From positions 1-61,620 of the forward strand of contig JBNJGH010000006.1 in NCBI GenBank assembly GCA_051747585.1: 61,620 bases of DNA, read 5' to 3'. The notes under the pieces are model-generated. The model saw only the letters and a list, made by a program, of their open reading frames with translations, was not told where the DNA came from and did not search any database. Below, piece by piece: positions 47,127-56,713 of the stretch. Positions within the stretch are counted from its first letter, which is position 1. Every line of letters starts with the position of its first letter. The translations under genes were made by a program, and so were the position numbers. The DNA comes from Candidatus Rifleibacteriota bacterium (GTDB lineage: Bacteria; Muiribacteriota; Ozemobacteria; Ozemobacterales; Ozemobacteraceae).

Positions 47127-49257
47127 TAAATATTTCCTCCTGAGCGTGGGTAATTTCTTCATGGGTCTGCAATGCTTTCTCCAGTTTGTTGCCGAGAGTT
47201 TTAAATTTTCTCTTAATTGCATCCTGATTTGGTGACAGGGTGACAATATCGATAATAATTTGTTCGAGAGTGCGTTTCGAGTGCATGTTACCAAGAATCA
47301 TTTCGAGTTCACCTATGATAAGACGGAACAGATTAATTTTCTTGTCGAGTAATTCAAGAACATAAGACTCGATGGTATCTTTCGCACTGAGATTTATAAT
47401 GTGAACATCTTCAGTCTGACCAAGTCTGTGAATACGACCGATTCTCTGCTCTATTCTCATCGGGTTCCATGGAAGGTCATAGTTAACCAGCATTTTACAA
47501 AATTGCAGGTTGCGGCCTTCTCCCCCGGACTCAGTAGAGATCAGAATCTGTTTTTCATTACGAAAAGATTCTATGCACTTATCTTTTTCGGCCTGGGAAA
47601 GTTGCCCGTTAAATACTGCAAGAGAATAGCCTTCTTTTTTAAGACATTTAACCAGGTAATCCTGAGTTCCTCGGAATTGGGTAAAAATAATCAGTTTATC
47701 ATCTTTTATATTTTTTATAAGCTCCAGCAAAACTTGAGTTTTCTTTGATTGTTTGACATTTTTTGCCAGATCAAGGAGTTTTTGCAACGAATTGTCAAAA
47801 TCATCCTTGTAAAAGTTGCTGGCTATCATCTTTTCCAGTGCTTTAGCCAGTGCATGGGTAGAACTACCCATCAACTTTTGCAACAGAATAAGGGTAAGCC
47901 GGTTAATACCTCGCGGGTTCTTGTGGGTCGGCAGAGTAAAATAACGTTTTCTAATGAAATCGGTTAATTCTCTGTAAAGCTCGGCCTCATCATCATTCAA
48001 TTCGATTGAATGGGTGTGAACAAATCTCTGAGGAAATTTTATTAAAGTATCTGCCCGACGATGCCTGATCATGATTTCATTAAGCATCTCTCTTAGTTTA
48101 ATCGAGTTTTTCGGCAGTCTTTTATCTCTTTCTGCAAGAAATTCTTCCTTGAATCTCTGCATGGTAGAAAGATGTCCAGGTCGTAGAATCGATATAAGAT
48201 TAAACAGCTCGAGCAAATCATTTTGTATCGGCGTGGCCGTTAGCATTAGCAAATACTTTGCATGAATTGAATTTACAAATTTCCAGTTTTTGGTCTTTTT
48301 GTTTTTTAGTTTATGAGCTTCATCAATGATAAGCAGATCGTATTTAATTTTTTGTACAGCTTTTTGATTTTTTGTGCTTTTGGCTGTATCTAACGACGCT
48401 ATGACCAGTTCGCTTTCATCCCAATCATTAATTTCAAGATGATTCTTGAAAGAAAGATCGAACTTGGTTTTAAGTTCCTGCTGCCACTGGGTAATCAAAG
48501 ATGCGGGCGTAAGAATTAAAACCTTTTTAGCCATGCCCCGCAGCAGATATTCTTTTAAAATGAGTCCTGCCTCGATTGTTTTTCCCAGACCAACTTCGTC
48601 TGCAAGTAAAGCCCGGCCATTAAAATTTTCGATAACCATTTTGGCAGTCTGAATCTGGTGAGTGTAAGTACTAACTCCAAATGTGGTTTTTAAAGCCAGC
48701 AACTCGTCATTACACATGCCGGCACTGAGCTCTTCGCCTTTTTGAATAAGACTTGTTTCATGATATGGCGAAAAGTCATTTTTAACCAGTTTACGCAAAA
48801 CTTCAAGATTGCCAAGATTGTAATTGATTGAATCATCGGTAAAAGCAGACATTTTTAGTTCTACGTCTTCATTTTCAACTACAGTTTCTGTTTCAACATT
48901 TTTTAGCAGCTTAAGTCTGTATTTACGGTTATTTTCGTCAAGCAACTGAATTTCAACCCGGTCTCCTTCTGCTACCTGATTCTTTTCCCACCATTCATTA
49001 AAAGTAAGGCAAACCATGTAGCCCCGCATTTTATGATAAATAGCTGAATGCACAACTTCATCGTCATCAACAAACAAAATTGAGCATAGGTCTTCTCGAA
49101 AGGGAAATATTTCTTTCATTTGCGGATTCAGGAACAGGTAACCTTGTTGAAAAGCTTTTCCTTTAATCTGAAAAACAAAGCTCTGTTCGCCTTTGCTTGC
49201 TACTTTGATTAAAGGAGATTTTTCTGCTCTGGTTTTTGTGATTGTATTTGTCATCAT
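47113..49257 (-). CDS. SNF2-family helicase/ATPase (YqhH-like)
   Basis: LADEVGLGKTIEAG, IIDEAH, LTATPIQN, STESGGEG.NLQF, PWNP..IEQRIGR.HR.GQ. Confidence 0.9.
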   Translation of the reverse strand: MMTNTITKTRAEKSPLIKVASKGEQSFVFQIKGKAFQQGYLFLNPQMKEIFPFREDLCSILFVDDDEVVHSAIYHKMRGYMVCLTFNEWWEKNQVAEGDRVEIQLLDENNRKYRLKLLKNVETETVVENEDVELKMSAFTDDSINYNLGNLEVLRKLVKNDFSPYHETSLIQKGEELSAGMCNDELLALKTTFGVSTYTHQIQTAKMVIENFNGRALLADEVGLGKTIEAGLILKEYLLRGMAKKVLILTPASLITQWQQELKTKFDLSFKNHLEINDWDESELVIASLDTAKSTKNQKAVQKIKYDLLIIDEAHKLKNKKTKNWKFVNSIHAKYLLMLTATPIQNDLLELFNLISILRPGHLSTMQRFKEEFLAERDKRLPKNSIKLREMLNEIMIRHRRADTLIKFPQRFVHTHSIELNDDEAELYRELTDFIRKRYFTLPTHKNPRGINRLTLILLQKLMGSSTHALAKALEKMIASNFYKDDFDNSLQKLLDLAKNVKQSKKTQVLLELIKNIKDDKLIIFTQFRGTQDYLVKCLKKEGYSLAVFNGQLSQAEKDKCIESFRNEKQILISTESGGEGRNLQFCKMLVNYDLPWNPMRIEQRIGRIHRLGQTEDVHIINLSAKDTIESYVLELLDKKINLFRLIIGELEMILGNMHSKRTLEQIIIDIVTLSPNQDAIKRKFKTLGNKLEKALQTHEEITHAQEEIFNGEE

Positions 49258-50384
49258 CAGGCATTATCTCCCTTGTTTTCTGGTATAATAATTACGTCGC
49301 CAACTTTGAGATATCTGGGATCAACACCAGGATTAGCTTTCATCAGGCGCGAAGCTGCTGAACTTTTTCCAAAATATTTTTTAGCAATTTTTCCAAGCGT
49401 ATCGCCTCTTTTAATCGTATAGGTATTTTGATCAGAAGTAAATGCCTGACTGAAAGAAGAATCGCTGGAAGCAGCAGTTACTGCGTCACTTTTTCCCAGT
49501 GGTTTTACATCTATTATTATTTCTTCACCAACTCTAACTGACGAAGGATCTTCGATAAAGTTCAGGTCAGCGATCGCTCTTTCTTTAGAAGGTTTCCCAT
49601 AGTATTTTTCTGCAATTGATCGCAGGCTGTCGCCCTTTTTAATTACATAGATAACTAATTCTTCATCAATTGTTCTCAGAGTTTTAAACTCAGAAGAATT
49701 TATCTTCCTGGCTCGGGAATCGGCTTGTTTTTTGGTGGCCGCTGTTTTTACCTTTTTTGCCTTCTTAGTTTCGGGTTTTACAACAGTAGCAACATTTTCT
49801 TCTTTTGTATCATTGCTTTTCTTTGCAGTTACCTTTGTCTTTTTATTATTAATTTTAGAAGATTTCTTTTTCTTTTCGCCTTCGAAGCGAATTTCGTTTG
49901 GAGGGACTACCTGCTCAGGCTCCGGTGGGGCTTCAGTATAAAGGGTAGTAATGTTATTACCATCTGAAGAACGGACCCCCTGCAGAAAAGAGTATTTTTC
50001 TGACCAGATCGTTTCGCCCTTTATTTTGCTGAATACTCTAAAACTACCTGAATCTTTGACCTTTTTTGCCAGCGGAACTGCCATCCTAAAGGTTTTTAAA
50101 GTACCGGAATTGATATTTTTTTCAGGTTTCACTGCAAATTTAGATTTTTTACCTGCATTATCGATTTCAACACCGACTAAATATTCACCGGACTTTATCG
50201 CCTTGTTGTCAGAATTGAAAACATGTGCCAGAACCAACCCTTTTCCTGGTTCAAGACGCTTCGTTGTTGCTGTTCCGGGTAATTTTTCAATAAAAAAACC
50301 ACGTAGTATTGGTTCAGCAGAGAGATTTGTCAATGTCAGCAGAAATAAAGAAAAAATTCCTGCAGATCTTAACGTTTGCCTCAT
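49257..50384 (-). CDS. Secreted protein with two C-terminal LysM domains
   Basis: Signal peptide; YVIKKGDSLRSIAEKYYG and YTIKRGDTLGKIAKKYFG. Confidence 0.88.
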   Translation of the reverse strand: MRQTLRSAGIFSLFLLTLTNLSAEPILRGFFIEKLPGTATTKRLEPGKGLVLAHVFNSDNKAIKSGEYLVGVEIDNAGKKSKFAVKPEKNINSGTLKTFRMAVPLAKKVKDSGSFRVFSKIKGETIWSEKYSFLQGVRSSDGNNITTLYTEAPPEPEQVVPPNEIRFEGEKKKKSSKINNKKTKVTAKKSNDTKEENVATVVKPETKKAKKVKTAATKKQADSRARKINSSEFKTLRTIDEELVIYVIKKGDSLRSIAEKYYGKPSKERAIADLNFIEDPSSVRVGEEIIIDVKPLGKSDAVTAASSDSSFSQAFTSDQNTYTIKRGDTLGKIAKKYFGKSSAASRLMKANPGVDPRYLKVGDVIIIPENKGDNA

Positions 50385-50514
50385 GTTGTGAAATCTCCTT
50401 AAATTCTTTTTTTAGTCTCTGAGAACATTTATCGGCATCAGGCAAACAACTATTTATCTGCAATTGAAAAAAATGGGCACAAAGTATTAAAAAGAGAGGG
50501 AAACCGCCTTTATT

Positions 50515-51036
50515 TCAGTTCCCAAGATATATTGCATTTTCGTCTGCGCCACTGATTAAAAATGGCAGATCCGGATCAAAGGTAAAAAATTCAACCTGCT
50601 TTCCCGGTGCAGAAGGCTTAGTTTGTAAATGCATGCTGCTTGGAGCAAAGGGATTTTTTCCGGGTATAAATGGACTTTTTCTTGATTTTGAAAGCCCTTT
50701 AAGCAAATCAAGTTTCAGTTCGGGTAAAATATTATCGGCGTTTTTCAAGGTAGATACAGACTGTTGGTTTTTACCGTTATTGCTGCTTCTTTCTTGTATC
50801 TGCCTTAAAAGAGATCTCATTTCACGGTTGACTTTTTTCTCTTCTTCAAGCTGACGCTGTAGAAAAGCATATTGCCCTTTTTCTGAAGCCTCAATTCCAG
50901 GTTTTCTGGCAACTTTTTTGAATTGACGATTGCGCGAAGTCTCGTTCAGATAATTAACCAGAATAATGATTGCAACAAGACAGTAACCACCCGCAATTAT
51001 CAGATTTGAAGTTTTTTTGTCAGTTTGCTTTGCCAT
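50515..51036 (-). CDS. Hypothetical single-TM coiled-coil protein
   Basis: Start probably ATG 51036 (MAKQTDKK); TM helix followed by a coiled coil. Confidence 0.6.
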   Translation of the reverse strand: MAKQTDKKTSNLIIAGGYCLVAIIILVNYLNETSRNRQFKKVARKPGIEASEKGQYAFLQRQLEEEKKVNREMRSLLRQIQERSSNNGKNQQSVSTLKNADNILPELKLDLLKGLSKSRKSPFIPGKNPFAPSSMHLQTKPSAPGKQVEFFTFDPDLPFLISGADENAIYLGN

Positions 51037-51064
51037 AGTTGTTACTATAAACCTACCAGATCGG

Positions 51065-51547
51065 TTATTGACTGGCAAGCAATACAACTGCCTGGCAACT
51101 TATGGCCTTACGCTGACCTACTGAGTCGAATCCCTCATTGGTACCTGCTTTAACAGAAACTCTTTTAATATTTATTTTCAGCAGGTCAGCTATGGACTTT
51201 TTCATTGCTGTTTTAAAAGGTTTTAAAGCCGGTTTTTCGCAGTGAATCATACAATCGATATTAACGACCGAAAACCCTTTGTCGCTGACAATCTTAACAA
51301 CGTGCTTAACAAGCTCTGCAGAAGAAATGTTTTTATAAGTCGGGTCGGTGTCAGGAAAATGCTCGCCGATATCCCCCAGGGCGAGGGCACCAAGAAGCGC
51401 ATCCATAATTGCATGTAACAGTGCATCGGCATCAGAATGCCCCTTTAAACCGTAATCATAAGGTATTTTCACTCCGCCGAGCCAGAGTTCTCTTTCTTTA
51501 ACCAGAGCATGAATGTCATGACCCAACCCTACTCTCATATCTGTCAT
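51065..51547 (-). CDS. ispF: 2-C-methyl-D-erythritol 2,4-cyclodiphosphate synthase
   Basis: RVGLGHDIH, GHSDAD, GDIG.HFPD. Confidence 0.95.
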   Translation of the reverse strand: MTDMRVGLGHDIHALVKERELWLGGVKIPYDYGLKGHSDADALLHAIMDALLGALALGDIGEHFPDTDPTYKNISSAELVKHVVKIVSDKGFSVVNIDCMIHCEKPALKPFKTAMKKSIADLLKINIKRVSVKAGTNEGFDSVGQRKAISCQAVVLLASQ

Positions 51548-52695
51548 AGACTTTTCCTTATTTCCCGGGCCACATTTCTAGCCTCTTTATCAAGCTCAAG
51601 TAATTGATCTATGGATTCTACTTCCTCAGGAGCAAATCTTTCCAGAGTTTTATAAACAATCTCAGCAATAGCATTAAATGAAACAGCTTTTTTCATAAAA
51701 GCATTAACCGCAATTTCGTTAGCGGCATTTAAAATACAGGGCATGGTTTCCCCTTGCTTCCCGGCAACAGAAGCGTATTCCAGCAATGGAAATCTTCTTA
51801 AATCTGGCTTCTCAAATGTCATTGCCCCGACCTTCACCAGATCAAGTGGCTCAAGAACCGGGCCCCAACGTTCTGGAAAACTCAACGCATATTGGATTGG
51901 CAGCTTCATGTCAGGCCAGCCAAGCTGAGCAACAACAGAACCATCGGTAAACTCTACCAGACTGTGAATTATCGACTGGGGATGAATTACCACATCTATA
52001 TATTCATAAGGCTGATTAAATAACCAATGGGCTTCTATTACTTCAAGCCCTTTATTCATAAGCGTTGCTGAATCAATAGTGATTTTGCCGCCCATATTCC
52101 AGTTAGGATGTTTAAGGGCCTGTTCAAGCTTAATATCTTTCATCTGCTGCTCTGTAAAGTCTCTGAACGGACCTCCGGATGCAGTAATTATAATTTTTTG
52201 CAAATAAGCCTGCGAGTTCTGTAAACATTGAAAAATAGCTGAATGTTCACTGTCAATTGGAATCAACTTGAGATCTTTCTCTCTAACTGCTCTGGTTACC
52301 AGATCACCTCCGACAACAAGGGTTTCTTTATTGGCCAGTAAAATGTTTTTATTGTGCTTGATTGCCGACATAACCGGTTTCAGCCCGGCAGCTCCGACAA
52401 TTGCTGCAACAAGAGTATCGGCTTTTTCATGGGAAGCCACTTCGACACCGGCATCAGGCCCGGCAACAATTTTTATATTACTGTCATTTAAAGCCTTCTT
52501 TAAATCATCAAAAAGACGCTCATCGGCGATCCCGATAATTTCGGGTTCGAATTCCCTGGCCTGCTGTGCAAGCATTTCCCAATTCGAACCTGCACAAAGT
52601 GCTTTAATTTTTAATCTTTCGGGATTTCTGCGAACAATTTCGATCGTATTTTGCCCGATTGAACCGGTCGAGCCTGCAATAATAAGATTTTTCAT
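51544..52695 (-). CDS. dxr: 1-deoxy-D-xylulose 5-phosphate reductoisomerase
   Basis: GSTGSIG, LANKE, PIDSEHSAIFQ, TASGGPF, HPNW.MG.KITIDSAT, NAANE. Confidence 0.96.
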   Translation of the reverse strand: MKNLIIAGSTGSIGQNTIEIVRRNPERLKIKALCAGSNWEMLAQQAREFEPEIIGIADERLFDDLKKALNDSNIKIVAGPDAGVEVASHEKADTLVAAIVGAAGLKPVMSAIKHNKNILLANKETLVVGGDLVTRAVREKDLKLIPIDSEHSAIFQCLQNSQAYLQKIIITASGGPFRDFTEQQMKDIKLEQALKHPNWNMGGKITIDSATLMNKGLEVIEAHWLFNQPYEYIDVVIHPQSIIHSLVEFTDGSVVAQLGWPDMKLPIQYALSFPERWGPVLEPLDLVKVGAMTFEKPDLRRFPLLEYASVAGKQGETMPCILNAANEIAVNAFMKKAVSFNAIAEIVYKTLERFAPEEVESIDQLLELDKEARNVAREIRKSL

Positions 52696-52696
52696 G

Positions 52697-53578
52697 CTAC
52701 TGTGTATTCTTCCTGGTTATGTGTTCAATAAAAACTTCTACTGGTTCTCCATGCAACGCTCTTACAGCACGCATTGCACTTTTCTTGTCGCTGAACAGGC
52801 CAAACACAGAAGGCCCGCTTCCGGACATCTGCACTATCCCCTCACCAGTTCTACCAAGCAATTGTTTTATTCTTTCAACTTCCGGATGCCGGTGCAAAGT
52901 AACAGATTCGAGATCATTGAAAATTACTTTTCCCAGACTGTCTAAATCTCGCTGGCGATATGCGGTTAAAATTTGTGGAAAAATTTCAGATTTGCTTAGA
53001 TTGTTGCCCGGCACATAATTTTCATAAGCCCAACGTGTCGATACTTGAACTCCATTCGGCACCACGACAACTACAGCCATTGGAGGTCTGGGAGGCTCAT
53101 AAAATTTGAGAAGTTCACCGCGGCCTTCTGCCAATGCAAGGCCACCATGAAGGACAAAAGGGATATCAGAGCCAATTTTTGCCGCCATCTCCATAAGATC
53201 TGGAACAGTAACAGGCTTCTCATACATTCGTGCCAAACCAGAAATAACTGCACCGGCGTCAGAACTGCCACCGGCAAGACCTGCAGCAACGGGAATCTTT
53301 TTATCGATTTTTATTGCCAGGTTTGGTTCGATCCCGAATTTATCGAGAAAAATACGGGCCGCCTGATGGGCAAGATTTTTTGAATCGGTTGGAACATCCG
53401 GATGGTTACAAAAAATGTGTATACCCTCTTCACTTATTTCTTTGAGAGTTATGGTATCTGCCAATGAAATTGTCTGCATAACACTGGAAATTTCATGAAA
53501 ACCATCTGGGCGCTTTTCTTTAACCCAGAGTCCTAAATTAATTTTTGCCGGAGCAGGTAAAATAAGTGTTTTTTTCAT
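52697..53578 (-). CDS. ispE: 4-diphosphocytidyl-2-C-methyl-D-erythritol kinase
   Basis: APAKINL, IPVAAGLAGGSSDA, GSDIPF, MSGSG. Confidence 0.95.
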   Translation of the reverse strand: MKKTLILPAPAKINLGLWVKEKRPDGFHEISSVMQTISLADTITLKEISEEGIHIFCNHPDVPTDSKNLAHQAARIFLDKFGIEPNLAIKIDKKIPVAAGLAGGSSDAGAVISGLARMYEKPVTVPDLMEMAAKIGSDIPFVLHGGLALAEGRGELLKFYEPPRPPMAVVVVVPNGVQVSTRWAYENYVPGNNLSKSEIFPQILTAYRQRDLDSLGKVIFNDLESVTLHRHPEVERIKQLLGRTGEGIVQMSGSGPSVFGLFSDKKSAMRAVRALHGEPVEVFIEHITRKNTQ

Positions 53579-53584
53579 AATTTT

Positions 53585-54268
53585 CTATAATAGCGTTTCA
53601 AGTATCTCGAGATCTTCTGATCTGGTTACCTTGGAATTTAATTCGCAACCCTCAACCAGATTAATCTCTTCTCCAAGTTTTCGAATTAAACCGGCGTCAT
53701 CTGTTGCAATTATATTGTTAATAATAGCGTTTTCAATCGCTTTGCGCATTGTTCCGGTTCTAAATATCTGCGGAGTTTGAATTCTGTAAATTTCTTTTCT
53801 ATTTACCGAATTGACAATTTTGCCGTCTATAACCTTTACCAGAGTATCATTTGAGGGAATTGCACAAACAGCATTGCCAAAATTTATGGCCTTATCGAAG
53901 GCCTTACTGACCAGCTCTATGGTAATACCAGGTCGAGCGCCATCATGAATAATTACCCAACCGTCATTGCTTTGAACCGAATCCAGCCCTGCTTTAACCG
54001 AATCCTGCCTCCTCTGGCCACCTGAAACAATTTTAAATGGTTTACGAGGGTCAAAACTTATAAGCTTATCTCTACCTTCCTCAAGCCAGGTTTCAGGAAG
54101 AACAAGAATGATCTCATCAATAAAAGGAAGCTGATCAAAGCACTCAAGGCTCCACTGCACTACAGGCTTTCCTTTTAAAGCCAGAAACTGCTTTGGCAAA
54201 GGAGCACTCATTCTTGTTCCCATGCCACCGGCCACTATGATAGCAGACACTGCTTCTGTTTGTGGCAT
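53585..54268 (-). CDS. ispD: 2-C-methyl-D-erythritol 4-phosphate cytidylyltransferase
   Basis: AGGMGTRM, PKQF, GG.RRQDSV, IHDGARP, QTPQ, TDDA. Confidence 0.95.
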   Translation of the reverse strand: MPQTEAVSAIIVAGGMGTRMSAPLPKQFLALKGKPVVQWSLECFDQLPFIDEIILVLPETWLEEGRDKLISFDPRKPFKIVSGGQRRQDSVKAGLDSVQSNDGWVIIHDGARPGITIELVSKAFDKAINFGNAVCAIPSNDTLVKVIDGKIVNSVNRKEIYRIQTPQIFRTGTMRKAIENAIINNIIATDDAGLIRKLGEEINLVEGCELNSKVTRSEDLEILETLL

Positions 54269-54283
54269 TATATTCCTCCGGTT

Positions 54284-55183
54284 TCAGTTTTTACGAGAAT
54301 AAATAAATTTTGTTATTTCTGCAAGCTTTGTAGCTTTAACGTCGAGCTTTTCAAGAGATGACAGTGCGTTTTGAAGCGTTTCAGTTGCAAATTCTCTGGC
54401 ACGATTCAAGCCAAGAATCGAGGGATAAGTCGATTTACCAAGTCTGGAATCACTGCCGGGAGTTTTACCAAGTTCTTCAAATTTTCCTTCAACATCGAGT
54501 ATATCGTCGGTAATCTGAAATAAAAGGCCAAGATCGGCTGAATAAGTCTCGAGTATTTTTTTATCATTTGCAGATGCACCTGCAATAATTGCCGCTCCCA
54601 ATATTGGTGCCTTCAACAAAGCCGCAGTTTTAAGCAGGTGTATTTTTTTTAATTGATTAAATTCTATTCTTTTATTTTCGCTCTCAATATCTAGAACCTG
54701 TCCGCCTATCATACCCTTGGATCCCGAACAAAAAGCAACCAGCCTGACAAGTTCGACAACCTGCGCCGGAGCAACTCCCATCTCTTCCAGATCGGCCAAC
54801 CACTCAAAAGCCATCGTCAGAAGATTATCGCCGGCTAAAATAGCCATAGCCTCACCATAAACTTTATGACTGGCAGGCTTACCTCTTCTGAAATCGTCAT
54901 TATCCATTGCCGGCAGGTCATCATGAATCAGAGAATAGGCATGAATCAATTCAATTGCACAGCCATAACGCATAAGCGCCTGACTTTTACAGCCATAAAG
55001 CTGACCGGTAATCTGAGCCAGAACAGCTCTAATCCTTTTTCCACCGGCAAGCACACTATAGCGACATGCTTCATTCAATAAACCGGAGTCACTTTTATTC
55101 GGTTCCGGCAACCAATTTTCAAGAGCCTTATCTATTTCGGTGGCTTGATTTCTGATTATTGAAGCAAGAGAACTCTCTTCCAC
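54284..55183 (-). CDS. ispA: Farnesyl/geranylgeranyl diphosphate synthase
   Basis: GGKRIR, SLIHDDLPAMDNDDFRRG, GGQ, KT, FQITDDILD. Confidence 0.95.
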   Translation of the reverse strand: MEESSLASIIRNQATEIDKALENWLPEPNKSDSGLLNEACRYSVLAGGKRIRAVLAQITGQLYGCKSQALMRYGCAIELIHAYSLIHDDLPAMDNDDFRRGKPASHKVYGEAMAILAGDNLLTMAFEWLADLEEMGVAPAQVVELVRLVAFCSGSKGMIGGQVLDIESENKRIEFNQLKKIHLLKTAALLKAPILGAAIIAGASANDKKILETYSADLGLLFQITDDILDVEGKFEELGKTPGSDSRLGKSTYPSILGLNRAREFATETLQNALSSLEKLDVKATKLAEITKFIYSRKN

Positions 55184-55476
55184 TACTTGCGCCCATCTTT
55201 TTCAGGGTCAAAATCTTCTTCTTTTACTTGTTCAGCTTCATTTAAAAGCTTGACCATTTTTTCTTCGGTTGAATCAAGTATGGAACCACATCTTTTAGAA
55301 AGAGTGTTCCCGATTTCATAAAGCCTGGTAGCAGATTCAAGGGGAGTGCCCTCCTGCTCGAGCGCATCGACAATTCTTTCAAGCAGATTCATTGAATCTT
55401 CGTATGTAAGCTTTTCGATATCCTCGGAAGTAAGCGCTATTAATTCATTAAGCTCTTCATCATTTATTTCCGGCAT
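55183..55476 (-). CDS. xseB: Exodeoxyribonuclease VII small subunit
   Basis: YEDSM..LE.IV..LE....LE....YE.G; lies between xseA and ispA. Confidence 0.9.
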   Translation of the reverse strand: MPEINDEELNELIALTSEDIEKLTYEDSMNLLERIVDALEQEGTPLESATRLYEIGNTLSKRCGSILDSTEEKMVKLLNEAEQVKEEDFDPEKDGRK

Positions 55477-56713
55477 CAGTATTCTCCTTTATTATCTGTT
55501 TCACCTTAACCTGGGCTTTACCATCAAAAAACTGCAACCACAGATTCTGATCTGGCTTGATTTTTTTTATTGAAGTCTTAACTTTTCCCTTTTCGTCGGT
55601 TGCCATTAAAAAGCCGCGTTTCAGGTGAAAAATCGGATTAAGCCCGGCCAATTGGGCGCAAATTACTGCAAAATCATGTCTTGCCGCGGCAACAAAAGCC
55701 TTAAATGAAGACTCCAGCTCACGACTCATATTCATAACTCTGACTCTGCGCTCAGCAATTAATAAAGATGGCCTGGTAAAAAACCTGCATGAAGCTGCTT
55801 TTTTGTATCTTTGTCTTGCATAAGAAAGCTTCATTTTCATCAGATTCATCAGCCTGACTTTGTTGCGTTCAACGAGTTGAAGCAATTCTGCCTTTACCGG
55901 CACAACAAGCTCGCCGGCCACAGAGGGAGTAGCTGCTCTGCGATCAGCTACAAGATCTGAAATAGTAAAGTCAGTTTCATGACCAACAGCCGAGACGATG
56001 GGTTTGTTCGAGGCAGCCACAGCCCGGGCAACTTCTTCTTCATTAAAAGGCCAGAGGTCTTCCAGGCTTCCCCCACCCCTTGCAATAATTATGACATCTA
56101 CTTTGGCAAACCGGTTCAAGATTTCAATACCTTTTACGATTTGCTGCGCCGCGCCTGCACCCTGCACTTTCGCCGGGACCAGATAAACCGGCATGTTTGG
56201 GTACCTTCTTCTGATAACCCGGTAAATATCTTTTATTACAGCTCCGGTTGACGAAGTAACGACCCCTACTCCACCCGGAATAAAAGGTAACTGCAACTTT
56301 CGATCTTCATCAAAAAGGCCTTCGGCTTTTAATTTCTTTTTAAGCTTTTCGTAGGCCTCATACAAGGCTCCAACACCGGCCTGCCTTATATCATCGACAA
56401 TTATTTGATACTCGCCACGGGGCGGATAAACTGAAATCGAACCAAAAAGCATGACAAAGTCGCCATTTTTAAAATCACAATTGATATGGCGACGCTTGCC
56501 AGCCCACAAAGCTGCTTTCAGCACTGACTTTTCGTCTTTTAAAGTGAAATAACAATGACCTGATGCTGCTTTAACCAGGTTAGATACCTCCCCCTGTACC
56601 CAGAGAGAAGACAAAAGAGAATCTTTTTCAATGATTCCCTTTATATATTTAGTTAATTCTTTAACATTTAACACCTTTGAAGGAAAAGGCGTTTCAGGTT
56701 TAAATAATGACAT
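55460..56713 (-). CDS. xseA: Exodeoxyribonuclease VII large subunit
   Basis: GEVSN, SGH.YFTLKD, RGGGSLEDLW.FN, SAVGHETD, ATPS. Confidence 0.95.
   Translation of the reverse strand: MSLFKPETPFPSKVLNVKELTKYIKGIIEKDSLLSSLWVQGEVSNLVKAASGHCYFTLKDEKSVLKAALWAGKRRHINCDFKNGDFVMLFGSISVYPPRGEYQIIVDDIRQAGVGALYEAYEKLKKKLKAEGLFDEDRKLQLPFIPGGVGVVTSSTGAVIKDIYRVIRRRYPNMPVYLVPAKVQGAGAAQQIVKGIEILNRFAKVDVIIIARGGGSLEDLWPFNEEEVARAVAASNKPIVSAVGHETDFTISDLVADRRAATPSVAGELVVPVKAELLQLVERNKVRLMNLMKMKLSYARQRYKKAASCRFFTRPSLLIAERRVRVMNMSRELESSFKAFVAAARHDFAVICAQLAGLNPIFHLKRGFLMATDEKGKVKTSIKKIKPDQNLWLQFFDGKAQVKVKQIIKENTDAGNK

Noticed and set aside
46170-49257. A named defence system (DISARM/Zorya) based on the SNF2 helicase
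   Set aside because: No methylase, DUF1998, PLD or ZorA/B-type partners seen; best explained as a YqhH/YqhG-like pair.
52268-52945. 225-aa plus-strand ORF (also 57184-57864, 49951-50391 and other short antisense ORFs)
   Set aside because: Antisense shadows of well-supported genes (dxr/ispE, accC, LysM) with no recognisable motifs.
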